From contig NC_014729.1 of assembly GCF_000172995.2 (NCBI RefSeq), positions 1,860,001 to 1,892,000 on the forward strand: a stretch of 32,000 nt of DNA, read 5' to 3'. Position numbers and translations under genes: made by a program. Numbering within the stretch: position 1 is the first letter of the stretch; every line of letters starts with the position of its first letter. This DNA comes from Halogeometricum borinquense DSM 11551 (GTDB lineage: Archaea; Halobacteriota; Halobacteria; Halobacteriales; Haloferacaceae). Positions 8,643 to 15,863 of the stretch are shown one piece after another. The notes under the pieces were generated by a model. It ran no database searches. It was not told the DNA's origin and was given only the letters and a program-made list of their open reading frames with translations.

Positions 8643-8960
8643 ATGGCACTGCTTCGAAATCTCAAGCCAAAAGAAATTGGTGGGTTGATTCTCGCATTGT
8701 TCGGACTGTTACTTTTGCTCTTGGGATCGAACTCACTACTGATGCAAAGTACACTGGTGTTTCTAGGGTTGGTAGGCTTCGCATCGCTACTGGACTTGCC
8801 GTTTCCTCGGCACCATCTTCTTGCCCCTCTGTCACTGGGGGCAGTGGCTTTCGCTATCGTCTCATACCTTCAAGTGGGACTTACTGTGGGGGGAACGGCA
8901 ATCGCTATCCTTGGGATCGCCATTGCATTCATGTATGGACGGAGACAGGAGTTCCTATGA
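8643..8960 (+). CDS. Hypothetical small membrane protein (105 aa, about 3 TM)
   Basis: IGGLILALFGLLLLLLG / LVFLGLVGFASLL / LSLGAVAFAIVSYL...AILGIAIAFMY. A hand-counted 60-nt sample at the 5' end is 43% GC. Confidence 0.6.
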   Translation: MALLRNLKPKEIGGLILALFGLLLLLLGSNSLLMQSTLVFLGLVGFASLLDLPFPRHHLLAPLSLGAVAFAIVSYLQVGLTVGGTAIAILGIAIAFMYGRRQEFL

Positions 8961-9367
8961 CATCGTATCCAGATACTGGATCACGATGGTGGTACGGTGT
9001 TGCGCTCCAGTTGGTAGTCGTAGGAGCGGTCTGGATTGCGTGGGGGACGGTTTGGTTGCTCGGTGTCGAAAGTGCCGGTACCCCTCCGTCGCTCCTGCCT
9101 GCTAACGACGCTGTTGAGATTCCATTTCTCCTAGCGAGTGTCTCCACGGTGTTGTTGATCTTTGCACACTACGTCTTGACACCTGTCTTCAGTATGGGCT
9201 TGTATCTCGACAGCAAGCACGTATCTGCGAACAATGGTGGCAGGTCCCTATTTCGATGGATGTACGCGGCGGTGAGCGTGATACATTTGCTCTCGTTGCT
9301 CCTGCCGGTGATCCAATTCGTGACGCTTCCCGCAGGCGGAGTGTACTTAATTAACAGACACAAATGA
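8957..9367 (+). CDS. Hypothetical small membrane protein (136 aa, about 4 TM)
   Basis: ATGA start/stop overlap with the preceding gene (8957-8960). Hydrophobic segments: WWYGVALQLVVVGAVWIAWGTVWLLGV, FLLASVSTVLLIFAHYVLTPVF, MYAAVSVIHLLSLLLPVIQFV. Confidence 0.6.
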   Translation: MTSYPDTGSRWWYGVALQLVVVGAVWIAWGTVWLLGVESAGTPPSLLPANDAVEIPFLLASVSTVLLIFAHYVLTPVFSMGLYLDSKHVSANNGGRSLFRWMYAAVSVIHLLSLLLPVIQFVTLPAGGVYLINRHK

Positions 9368-9517
9368 GAAACCACAATCAAATGGACATCTCCCTTTTGT
9401 ACTCCGGGAGCCGACTCCCAAGCTGTGTGCCGCCCCGACAGTACGTTACCAATCGCGGCACCTCACTGTTCTCAGAATAACTCGGAGGAACTTCCGAGAA
9501 GAGCCTACTTCCGGTGG

Positions 9518-10140
9518 CTATAGCGAAACCTCTCTCATCGACCTGATGATGCTCTCTTCTGACGGTGCTGCGAGGTAGGGCTCGATTGCGTCGTAACTGC
9601 TCCAACCGCCGCGGGCCATCACGATCCGTGGTGAAATTCTCCCCTCGACGAGCAGGTGGTGCGCCCAGCAGCGGCAGAGATCGTGACTGGAGATGCGCCG
9701 GTAGCCCTGATCGCCTGTATAGTCTGCGGCGGCATCGGCAGCGCGGTCAACCTACGTCTGGACGGTCCGCTTCGAGCGTTGGGCGATAGAGTCAGTCGGT
9801 CCGATCTCGTTGTCGGTGTTCTGGACGTAGCGGTTGATCTGCGCCTCGAGGTTGATCGGGTGCCAGGTGTCACGCTGCTTCCCCCGCTCTGACTGGTCGT
9901 GTCTTTTCCCGCGGTGACTTCGAGTTTGTAGTGACGGCTGTCGGTTCGTCGAGAGATGTCGTTGGGTGTAGGTGTAACGTCGACAACTTCGGCGTCGCAG
10001 TGTTCGGCTTCCGAGTCCGGAACGTACCGGAGGCCGTCAACAAGCTGGTGAACGGCGGATTCAGCGGCGTTACCCCCGCGCTTGGACGGCGCGAGGCTCA
10101 CGCGCAGCACCTCTGCTGGCGGGGCGGTAACGTGAGATAA
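9518..10140 (-). pseudogene. Tyrosine recombinase/integrase pseudogene (N-terminally truncated, one frameshift and one in-frame stop)
   Basis: The C-terminal frame reads KQRDTWHPINLEAQINRYV...RSKRTVQT*VDRAADAAADYTGDQGYRRISSHDLCRCWAHHLLVEGRISPRIVMARGGWSSYDAIEPYL (HxxR box, GGW...Y catalytic Tyr region). TAG at 9752-9754 sits where Trp is expected. The upstream part (...AEVVDVTPTPNDISRRTDSRHYKLEVTAGKDTTSQSGG) is in a different frame, with the junction at 9878-9886. No SAM-like N-terminal domain remains. Confidence 0.75.
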
Positions 10141-10189
10141 GCGTAGAGGTGTCCCTATATATAGGGTGCCGAAGGAATTAAATTCGGAG

Positions 10190-10211
10190 TGAGGTCGGAG
10201 GGATTTGAACC
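10190..10211 (-). other. tRNA 3'-end-like stub (T-loop/acceptor look-alike), not a functional tRNA
   Basis: tgaggtcggagggatttgaacc is near-identical to the 3' end of tRNA-Trp (tggggtcggagggatttgaacc at 10324-10345). The T-stem does not pair and there is no 5' acceptor strand. Confidence 0.6.
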
Positions 10212-10295
10212 ACGGTCGGAGCAAGCTCCTCTCTAGCTCAACTCCTCCTTGTGAACGTCATACTGAACTCACGCTGTACGCGAGCGACAGAGCGC
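10212..10295 (+). repeat. Right direct repeat (attR-like)
   Basis: 83/84 identical to 7104-7187. Confidence 0.9.
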
Positions 10296-10315
10296 TCGCT
10301 CGTTGGTGAGTTCAG
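10263..10315. other. Two-tier hairpin just downstream of the tRNA-Trp 3' end
   Basis: Outer 10-bp stem ctgaactcac (10263-10272) / gtgagttcag (10306-10315). Inner 7-bp stem gcgagcg (10280-10286) / cgctcgc (10293-10299) with loop acagag. It straddles the right repeat boundary. Only the left arm is present in the 7104-7187 copy. Confidence 0.6.
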
Positions 10316-10323
10316 AGTAGAAG

Positions 10324-10501
10324 TGGGGTCGGAGGGATTTGAACCCCCGATCGACTGATATCTCCGGTGTGCGCCTCGGAACTCCAGAGGGTCGTCAACA
10401 CGACCGATGATCAGTCAGTCGCTCAGTATATCAGTCTGGAGTTTCGTCCCGGGCGCGTTGCCTCTGGAGTCAGTCGCCATGCCGGGCTTGGCCACGACCC
10501 C
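10324..10501 (-). tRNA. tRNA-Trp (anticodon CCA) interrupted by a 104-nt intron
   Basis: The reverse complement folds as GGGGTCG-TG-GCCA-AGCCCGGCA-TGGC-G-ACTGA-CTCCAG / 104 nt / A-TCAGT-CGATC-GGGGG-TTCAAAT-CCCTC-CGACCCC-A. This is a complete cloverleaf (74 nt mature) with no encoded CCA. A long intron in tRNA-Trp is a known haloarchaeal feature. Confidence 0.9.
10360..10463 (-). ncRNA. tRNA-Trp intron with C/D-box-type guide elements for 2'-O-methylation of C34 and U39
   Basis: GACTGATAT-A-CTGA is complementary to ATATCAGTC at the intron/3'-exon junction, and the 5th nt upstream of CUGA pairs with U39. TGACGA-CCCTCTGGAGTT-CCGA is complementary to GACUCCAGAGG, and the 5th nt upstream of CCGA pairs with C34. 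The C-type boxes are degenerate (GGGACGA, UUGACGA). Splice junctions are good to +/-2 nt. Confidence 0.7.
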
Positions 10502-10556
10502 GCTCTGCATCTCTTCGTATGGCGATTCGGCATAAAGGAATTTCGATTGGGAGTCG

Positions 10557-10781
10557 TCAGTCGCGGTCGGTCTCGGCCCACTCGCAGTCCTGGCATTTGT
10601 AGGCCGTGACGAACTCCGTGACGCTCGGCATGTAGCCCACCGAGATGACGTTGCCGTCGCACTCCGGGCAGTCCCGGTCTGCATCCTCGATAGACTCGGC
10701 TTCGAGCGGTTTCTCGCCTTCGACGAGTTCAGCCAGTCGTTTGGGCGTCACCATCCGTCCTTCGACGACGCGGTTACTCAT
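10557..10781 (-). CDS. Small zinc-ribbon protein (CPxC...CxxC), 74 aa
   Basis: MSNRVVEGRMVTPKRLAELVEGEKPLEAESIEDADRDCPECDGNVISVGYMPSVTEFVTAYKCQDCEWAETDRD. Four Cys in two CxxC pairs. Acidic. Confidence 0.65.
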   Translation of the reverse strand: MSNRVVEGRMVTPKRLAELVEGEKPLEAESIEDADRDCPECDGNVISVGYMPSVTEFVTAYKCQDCEWAETDRD

Positions 10782-10866
10782 ACGTCCGTGAATGGCAGGG
10801 ATCGTGGTAAGTCCTCCGCGTCACGCGTCGGAGGCTGAAGTCAGTAAGAGAGAAACGAACGTCGGG

Positions 10867-11880
10867 TTAGAGCCACGGCGCACGCGAGTCCTTCTCGGCG
10901 GGGTAGCCGTAGCCCGCATCCCCGGATTCGTCGTCCGGTTGGCTCTGGTTTTGGTTCTGACGCTGGCTCTGGTTCCCATCGTCCGACACGGATGCTGACC
11001 CGTCGCGGTTGCCGCCGTCAGCGACGGCTGCTGGTGCGGACGCGTCGTCCGATTCCTGTTCGTACGTATCCGGATCGTCCGATTCGTGCGAATCTTCCGA
11101 TTCGATGCCGTTCGTGTCCGCATCCAGTTCGGCGTCTTCGGCCGGATCGTCCGCGGCGGGATCGTAGGCGAACAACGCCGTCACGCCGAGGACGCCCAGC
11201 GCGATGGGCCGGTCGGTGGGGAGGACGCCCAACACGTCGATGGCGAGCATGCCGAGTGCGACGGAGCTGCCGAAGCGGAACAGGTTGATATCAACCACAC
11301 CACGGAGACGCGGGCCGAGCATGGCGACGACGAGGGCGAATCCGACGCCCGTCCCGGCCGCCGCGACAGCGTGCAGGATGATCGTCGGATCGGGGTTCGT
11401 TTTCAACTGCGCGTTCGCGGGGTTGAAACTGGCGACCAGCCCGAGGGCGATGATGATGCTCGGGGAGGGAAGCTTCTCGCCCACTTCGGAAGACGCCGTC
11501 TTCGCCGCGACGGCCAAGATGACCAGTCCGGCGAAGCGGTGGAACGTATGGAAGTCCAGCAGCGTCTTGATCGTTGGTGCGAACGCCGCCTCTAACCCGG
11601 CGATGGGGAGCAAAACCACACCGAGGATGAGGACTGACGTCATCTGCTCGCGACGCGTCCCTTCCATCTCTGCGAGGATGACCGCAACGGTCGCGGATCC
11701 GCCGAAGATGAGCAGTCCGGTCTGGATGATATCGACTGGGGTGCTCAGCGCCCCGGCGATGACGAGTGCGGGGAAGATACCGTCTACGAGCGGCAGCGCC
11801 ATGACCGTGGCGAGGAGGCGCGTTGCCCCACCTACCTGTTGCTCTAAGCGAAGCGCGACTGGGTGTTGAGAGACGCTCAT
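10867..11880 (-). CDS. Polytopic membrane protein (haloarchaeal DUF-type) with a ~90-aa acidic/Q-N low-complexity C-terminal tail
   Basis: 337 aa with about 7 hydrophobic segments, followed by DPAADDPAEDAELDADTNGIESEDSHESDDPDTYEQESDD...GNQSQRQNQNQSQPDDESGDAGYGYPAEKDSRAPWL. Confidence 0.75.
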   Translation of the reverse strand: MSVSQHPVALRLEQQVGGATRLLATVMALPLVDGIFPALVIAGALSTPVDIIQTGLLIFGGSATVAVILAEMEGTRREQMTSVLILGVVLLPIAGLEAAFAPTIKTLLDFHTFHRFAGLVILAVAAKTASSEVGEKLPSPSIIIALGLVASFNPANAQLKTNPDPTIILHAVAAAGTGVGFALVVAMLGPRLRGVVDINLFRFGSSVALGMLAIDVLGVLPTDRPIALGVLGVTALFAYDPAADDPAEDAELDADTNGIESEDSHESDDPDTYEQESDDASAPAAVADGGNRDGSASVSDDGNQSQRQNQNQSQPDDESGDAGYGYPAEKDSRAPWL

Positions 11881-11968
11881 TCCGTGTTAGCGGCCGTCAC
11901 CTTCGGCCAAACGGCGATACGGACGCAAACCACGCTCGTCGGTGGATCGTCCGAGTACTCCAAGCATC

Positions 11969-11995
11969 GGAAGATTCGGGAGATTCGGAAGATTC
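11969..11995. repeat. Tandem 9-mer x3 (GGAAGATTC / GGGAGATTC / GGAAGATTC)
   Basis: Read directly at 11969-11977, 11978-11986 and 11987-11995. Lies 90-115 nt upstream of the minus-strand start at 11880, inside a ~420-nt non-coding gap. Confidence 0.8.
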
Positions 11996-12302
11996 CGTTT
12001 CCCAAATTTAAGTGTTCGCCACATCGCTGTAATCATAAAGAGATTGCCGGAGTCGAAGGTCGTCTGACCGGCGATACGCGATGCAGCGGGACACTCGGAG
12101 TCCATACTCGTACAAAACCATACGGAACTATTAAAATTTGTGTGAGAAGTGGCGGCATGGGACTAGATACCTTTCGGGGTGGTTTTTAAATGAGCCTATG
12201 ATGCCTCGGATTTGGAGCAGAGAATTCAAGAATTGTTCGCTGAGTGCCCGTTAATCGAGTGAAAATTGCACGAAGATTCAGTATTAGATTTTGCGAGGAG
12301 AC

Positions 12303-12626
12303 TCACTTCCACGGATTCGAGACTAACTCGGCTTGGACCCCCGGCCCGATTTCGATCCGGCAATCGGTCCGTGGGCGAGCGATACAGCACAAGACGTAGC
12401 CCGATTCGATATGTCGGGTCTTCAGCGCACGCGGTGGGCGGTCGTAGCTGATGTTCCCATCGATCAGTCGGCCGACGCAGGTCGCACATGCGCCCGTTCG
12501 ACATCCGAACGGGAGGCTGATATCTGCCGATTCGGCAGCTTCGAGGATTGTCTCGTCCTCGCTTGCTCGTGTCGTCTCTTCGCGGCCGCTCCGCCGCGTG
12601 AGCGTGAGAGTGTGACGGGAGGCCAT
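12303..12626 (-). CDS. Plant-type [2Fe-2S] ferredoxin (107 aa)
   Basis: Start at ATG 12626 (MASRHTL...). CRTGACATC (C-x4-C-x2-C) plus the downstream YVLCCIARP Cys. The ORF-track 143-aa version extends into the upstream gene and is not used. Confidence 0.85.
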   Translation of the reverse strand: MASRHTLTLTRRSGREETTRASEDETILEAAESADISLPFGCRTGACATCVGRLIDGNISYDRPPRALKTRHIESGYVLCCIARPRTDCRIEIGPGVQAELVSNPWK

Positions 12627-12630
12627 CGCG

Positions 12631-14025
12631 CTACTGCCAGACGTCGCTGGTACAGTCGCCGTCCGGCCAGCGAATCTCGTGGGCGCGCGCCGGTCCCGTG
12701 GCGACCTCGCCGAAGTCAACCAAGAAGTCCTCATCGAGAGTCAACGTCCCTTTGCGCGGGTTGACGTCGGCTTTCAGCATTACCGATCCCTTCTCGGCCA
12801 TTTCGGGGAAGAACTGGTTATCCCACGAGGAGTACAGCGATGTGGTCCAGTAGAGGCGCTCGCCGTCCAGCGAAAGCTGTAACATCTGTGGCCCAGCGAC
12901 CAACTCCCGGTCTTGGACCGTGCGGATATCGCCGAAGTATCCGCCAATCGAAATCGAGTCAGCGCGGCGCGGCGACTTCGGATCGGAGATATCGTACATC
13001 CAGACCTCGCCGTGAAGCCAACTCCCACCGAACAGGTAGCGGTCGTCCATCGAGATGAGAATGTCAGTCGGCAGCGCCGGAACGGGCATGTCCCAGTCGT
13101 CGAGTTCGCGGCTCTCGAAATCGATGACCTTCTCGGCGTGATACCGGTCGTTTTCCTCCCAGAAGTGGAAGATATTCGATGAGAGCGCGGCGTTGACGTA
13201 GCCGTGGGTCGATTCCGGTGTGTGCAGAAAGCGCGTTTCCAGTGGGATGAGCCCTTCCTCGCCGAGATCAATCGTCTGTTCGAGTTCGTGTTCTTCCCAG
13301 TTCCAGAAGTTGAGTCGGTGGCCATACTTTCCTTCTTCGACATCCTCCATATCGAATCCGGGTTGGTAGGTCGCAGGTGCGGCCCATTCCGAGGAGACCA
13401 TCACGTTATGCCGGGGTTGATACCAGAAGTCGTAGTTGAAGTCGATCTCGTTCGGTGGATCCCATCGCCCCTTGATCTCCAAATCATCGCCCAGTTCCAG
13501 AAATCCGCCGGGTAACTCCCCGTCGGCGTTCCCCAGCATGCTGATGACGATATCACCGTCGGGAATACAGTGGGTGGTGTGCGGCGCTGAAAGATCGTAT
13601 TCGTGAACGGCATCAGGTTCGATCACGCGCTCGATCTGCGGATTCCGACGATTCTTCGTGTCGATCACGTGCAGGCGTGAGGAACGGTTGCCGGGGACGA
13701 TGAGGTACCGGCGCTCCAGACCGCCGATATGACACGATGAGGAGCAGGCATTCCAGCCGAAGTGATGGAGTTCGTCGCCCCTATTGGGCATCTCGACGCG
13801 GTTGATGATCTCCTGGTAGGTCTCAGAGTCCGGATCAACGTCCACGACCGCCATGAAATCCGGAGCGTCGATATCTGTCCCGACGTACAGCCCCATTACG
13901 TAGGCGACCGATTCCGGCTCCGATTCTTCGATAGCGGCCTGCGGGGTCGCATACCCCGGTCCTTCGACCTCGTGATGTTCGTGTCCGTGCGCACCTGACT
14001 CTCCCGGTGATTCAGTATCACTCAT
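12631..14025 (-). CDS. Selenium-binding protein (SBP56) family protein / methanethiol-oxidase-like
   Basis: 464 aa from MSDTESPGESGAHGHEHHE. GPGYATPQAAI...VAYVMGLY...DFMAVVDVDP.SETY..I...EMPN.GDELHHFGWNACSS.CH...RRYLIVPG.RSSRLHVIDTK is the hallmark SBP56 N-terminal series. No signal peptide. Confidence 0.85.
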   Translation of the reverse strand: MSDTESPGESGAHGHEHHEVEGPGYATPQAAIEESEPESVAYVMGLYVGTDIDAPDFMAVVDVDPDSETYQEIINRVEMPNRGDELHHFGWNACSSSCHIGGLERRYLIVPGNRSSRLHVIDTKNRRNPQIERVIEPDAVHEYDLSAPHTTHCIPDGDIVISMLGNADGELPGGFLELGDDLEIKGRWDPPNEIDFNYDFWYQPRHNVMVSSEWAAPATYQPGFDMEDVEEGKYGHRLNFWNWEEHELEQTIDLGEEGLIPLETRFLHTPESTHGYVNAALSSNIFHFWEENDRYHAEKVIDFESRELDDWDMPVPALPTDILISMDDRYLFGGSWLHGEVWMYDISDPKSPRRADSISIGGYFGDIRTVQDRELVAGPQMLQLSLDGERLYWTTSLYSSWDNQFFPEMAEKGSVMLKADVNPRKGTLTLDEDFLVDFGEVATGPARAHEIRWPDGDCTSDVWQ

Positions 14026-14363
14026 AGCTACGTTTATGCTATCAATTATCATATACTTTTTGCAGAGGAATCTGATAGAACTCCGATTCAGAACTGTTAG
14101 ATGCTGTAATCTGGCACCAAATACTCATCAACATTTGGGAACTAACTTTCAACTAACAAATTGCTCGAAGGGACGAAACCGGAGTGAACCCCGTCACAGA
14201 TCGTTGCAGTCCTTTCTCGTTGGAAGGCATCCATTTGGGAATCACGACACGTCTCGGAGGACAGATATACTCAAACGTGTATATATGTCTGTTCTGGCTG
14301 GCAATTAGTTACACACCCGTGGTGTCTCGCAACCCTTTTGTCGCAGGAGTTTGGACGGTTTAC

Positions 14364-15863
14364 ATGGCGAACGACGTTTCCGAACGAGAATCCTTCTCCG
14401 AGAAACTGCAGGTACCAGAGGCGCTGACGTTCGACGACGTACTGCTCCGACCGATGGAGAGTCGAGTCGAACCCGACGACGCCGATGTCTCCACGCGCGT
14501 TTCGAAGAACGTTGAACTCAACGTCCCGATCCTCTCGGCGGCGATGGACACCGTCACCGAGAGCGGCATGGCTATCGGGATGGCCCGGGAGGGCGGTCTC
14601 GGCGTTCTGCACCGTAACATGGACATCGAGGCGATGGTGGCCGAGATCGAGCGCGTGAAACGCGCCGACGAACTCGTCATCCGCCGCGAAAACGTCGTGA
14701 CGGCCCGTCCGGGGCAGACGGTCCGCGACGTGGACGAGATGATGGAACGCGAGGGCGTCTCGGGAGCGCCCGTCGTGGACGAGGAGGACGTTGTCCTCGG
14801 TATTATCTCCGGCACCGACATCCGCCCGTATCTCGAAGTCGGCGAGTCCGACGAGGTACGCGAGGCGATGACGGACGAAGTCATCACGGCCGAACGCGAC
14901 GTGACGGCCCGTGATGCGCTCGAACTCATGTACGACCACAAGATCGAGCGCGTGCCCGTTGTGGACGAGGAAGGCCACCTCGTCGGACTGGTCACGATGC
15001 AGGGCATCCTCCAGCGACGTGAACACGAGCACGCCGCGCGCGACGACGACGGTCGTCTGGTTTGCGGTGTCGCCGTCGGTCCGTTCGAGACGGACCGCGC
15101 GGAGGCCGCCGACGAAGCCGGTGCGGACGTTCTCTTCATTGACTGTGCGCACGCGCACAATCTCAACGTCCTCGACAGCGCCCGCGAGATCAAGCAGTCT
15201 GTCGAAGCAGACGTCGTCGTCGGCAACATCGGCACGCGCGAGGCCGCCGAAGAGGCGGTCGATTTCGCTGACGGTCTGAAAGTCGGCATCGGTCCGGGAT
15301 CCATCTGTACGACGCGCGTCGTCTCGGGTGCCGGGATGCCGCAGATTACGGCTGTCGCGGAAGTCGCGGACGTGGCCGCACCAGAGGGCGTGCCCGTCAT
15401 CGCCGACGGTGGAATTCGCTACTCGGGTGACGCCATCAAGGCCGTCGCCGCGGGTGCTGACGCCGTGATGCTCGGATCGTACTTCGCGGGGACTGACGAG
15501 GCCCCCGGCCGCGTCATCACGATGAACGGCAAGAAGTACAAGCAGTACCGCGGCATGGGCTCCGTCGGCGCGATGAAATCCGGCGGCGGCGACCGCTACC
15601 TCAAAGACGCTGACGACGACGAGGAGTTCGTTCCGGAGGGCGTCGAGGCCGCAACGCCGTACAAAGGGACGCTCGCCTCCGAACTGCACCAACTCGTCGG
15701 CGGCATGCGCTCCGGCATGGGCTACGTCGGTGCCGAGACGATTCCGGACTTCAAGGAGCGCGCGGAGTTCGTCCGCGTCTCTAGTGCCGGACAGACGGAA
15801 GGCCACCCCCACGACGTGATGATTACGGACGAAGCGCCGAACTACAGCCCGCAGAACGACTAA
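14364..15863 (+). CDS. guaB: IMP dehydrogenase
   Basis: Start at [19 protein letters not shown]...[28 protein letters not shown], a tandem CBS insert, [11 protein letters not shown] catalytic loop, [14 protein letters not shown]. Confidence 0.95.
   Translation: MANDVSERESFSEKLQVPEALTFDDVLLRPMESRVEPDDADVSTRVSKNVELNVPILSAAMDTVTESGMAIGMAREGGLGVLHRNMDIEAMVAEIERVKRADELVIRRENVVTARPGQTVRDVDEMMEREGVSGAPVVDEEDVVLGIISGTDIRPYLEVGESDEVREAMTDEVITAERDVTARDALELMYDHKIERVPVVDEEGHLVGLVTMQGILQRREHEHAARDDDGRLVCGVAVGPFETDRAEAADEAGADVLFIDCAHAHNLNVLDSAREIKQSVEADVVVGNIGTREAAEEAVDFADGLKVGIGPGSICTTRVVSGAGMPQITAVAEVADVAAPEGVPVIADGGIRYSGDAIKAVAAGADAVMLGSYFAGTDEAPGRVITMNGKKYKQYRGMGSVGAMKSGGGDRYLKDADDDEEFVPEGVEAATPYKGTLASELHQLVGGMRSGMGYVGAETIPDFKERAEFVRVSSAGQTEGHPHDVMITDEAPNYSPQND

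Larger units (their letters stand above)
7104..10295. mobile_element. Decayed integrative element (~3.2 kb) bounded by 84-bp direct repeats, next to tRNA-Trp
   Basis: Direct repeats at 7104-7187 and 10212-10295 (83/84 identical). A tyrosine-integrase remnant abuts the right repeat. The interior is visibly AT-richer than the flanks. tRNA-Trp lies 28 bp beyond the right repeat. Confidence 0.7.

Noticed and set aside
9619-10224. 201-aa minus-strand ORF treated as an intact gene.
   Set aside because: Only its middle part resembles an integrase. Its N-terminus reads through the att repeat and tRNA-like stub, and its C-terminal half is out-of-frame read-through. It is interpreted as part of the integrase pseudogene.
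10190-10295. A possible second tRNA gene (T-loop GGTTCAAATCC plus an acceptor-like end).
   Set aside because: There is no complementary 5' acceptor strand in the upstream 100 nt. The T-stem has mismatches, and no anticodon arm can be drawn. It is treated as an att-associated stub.
11204-11869. 221-aa plus-strand ORF and the 11086-11595 ORF.
   Set aside because: Both are antisense to, or out of frame with, the polytopic membrane protein gene at 10867-11880. Their composition is basic and of low complexity.
11887-12105. 72-aa minus-strand ORF containing NLPNLPNLP.
   Set aside because: The repeat peptide is simply the translation of the 9-mer tandem DNA repeat. The rest of the ORF is basic and does not look protein-like.
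12198-12243. A possible C/D-box sRNA (AUGAUGC ... 35 nt ... CUGA).
   Set aside because: There are no convincing internal D'/C' boxes and no terminal stem, and box C deviates at its last position. Short motifs like these are expected by chance.
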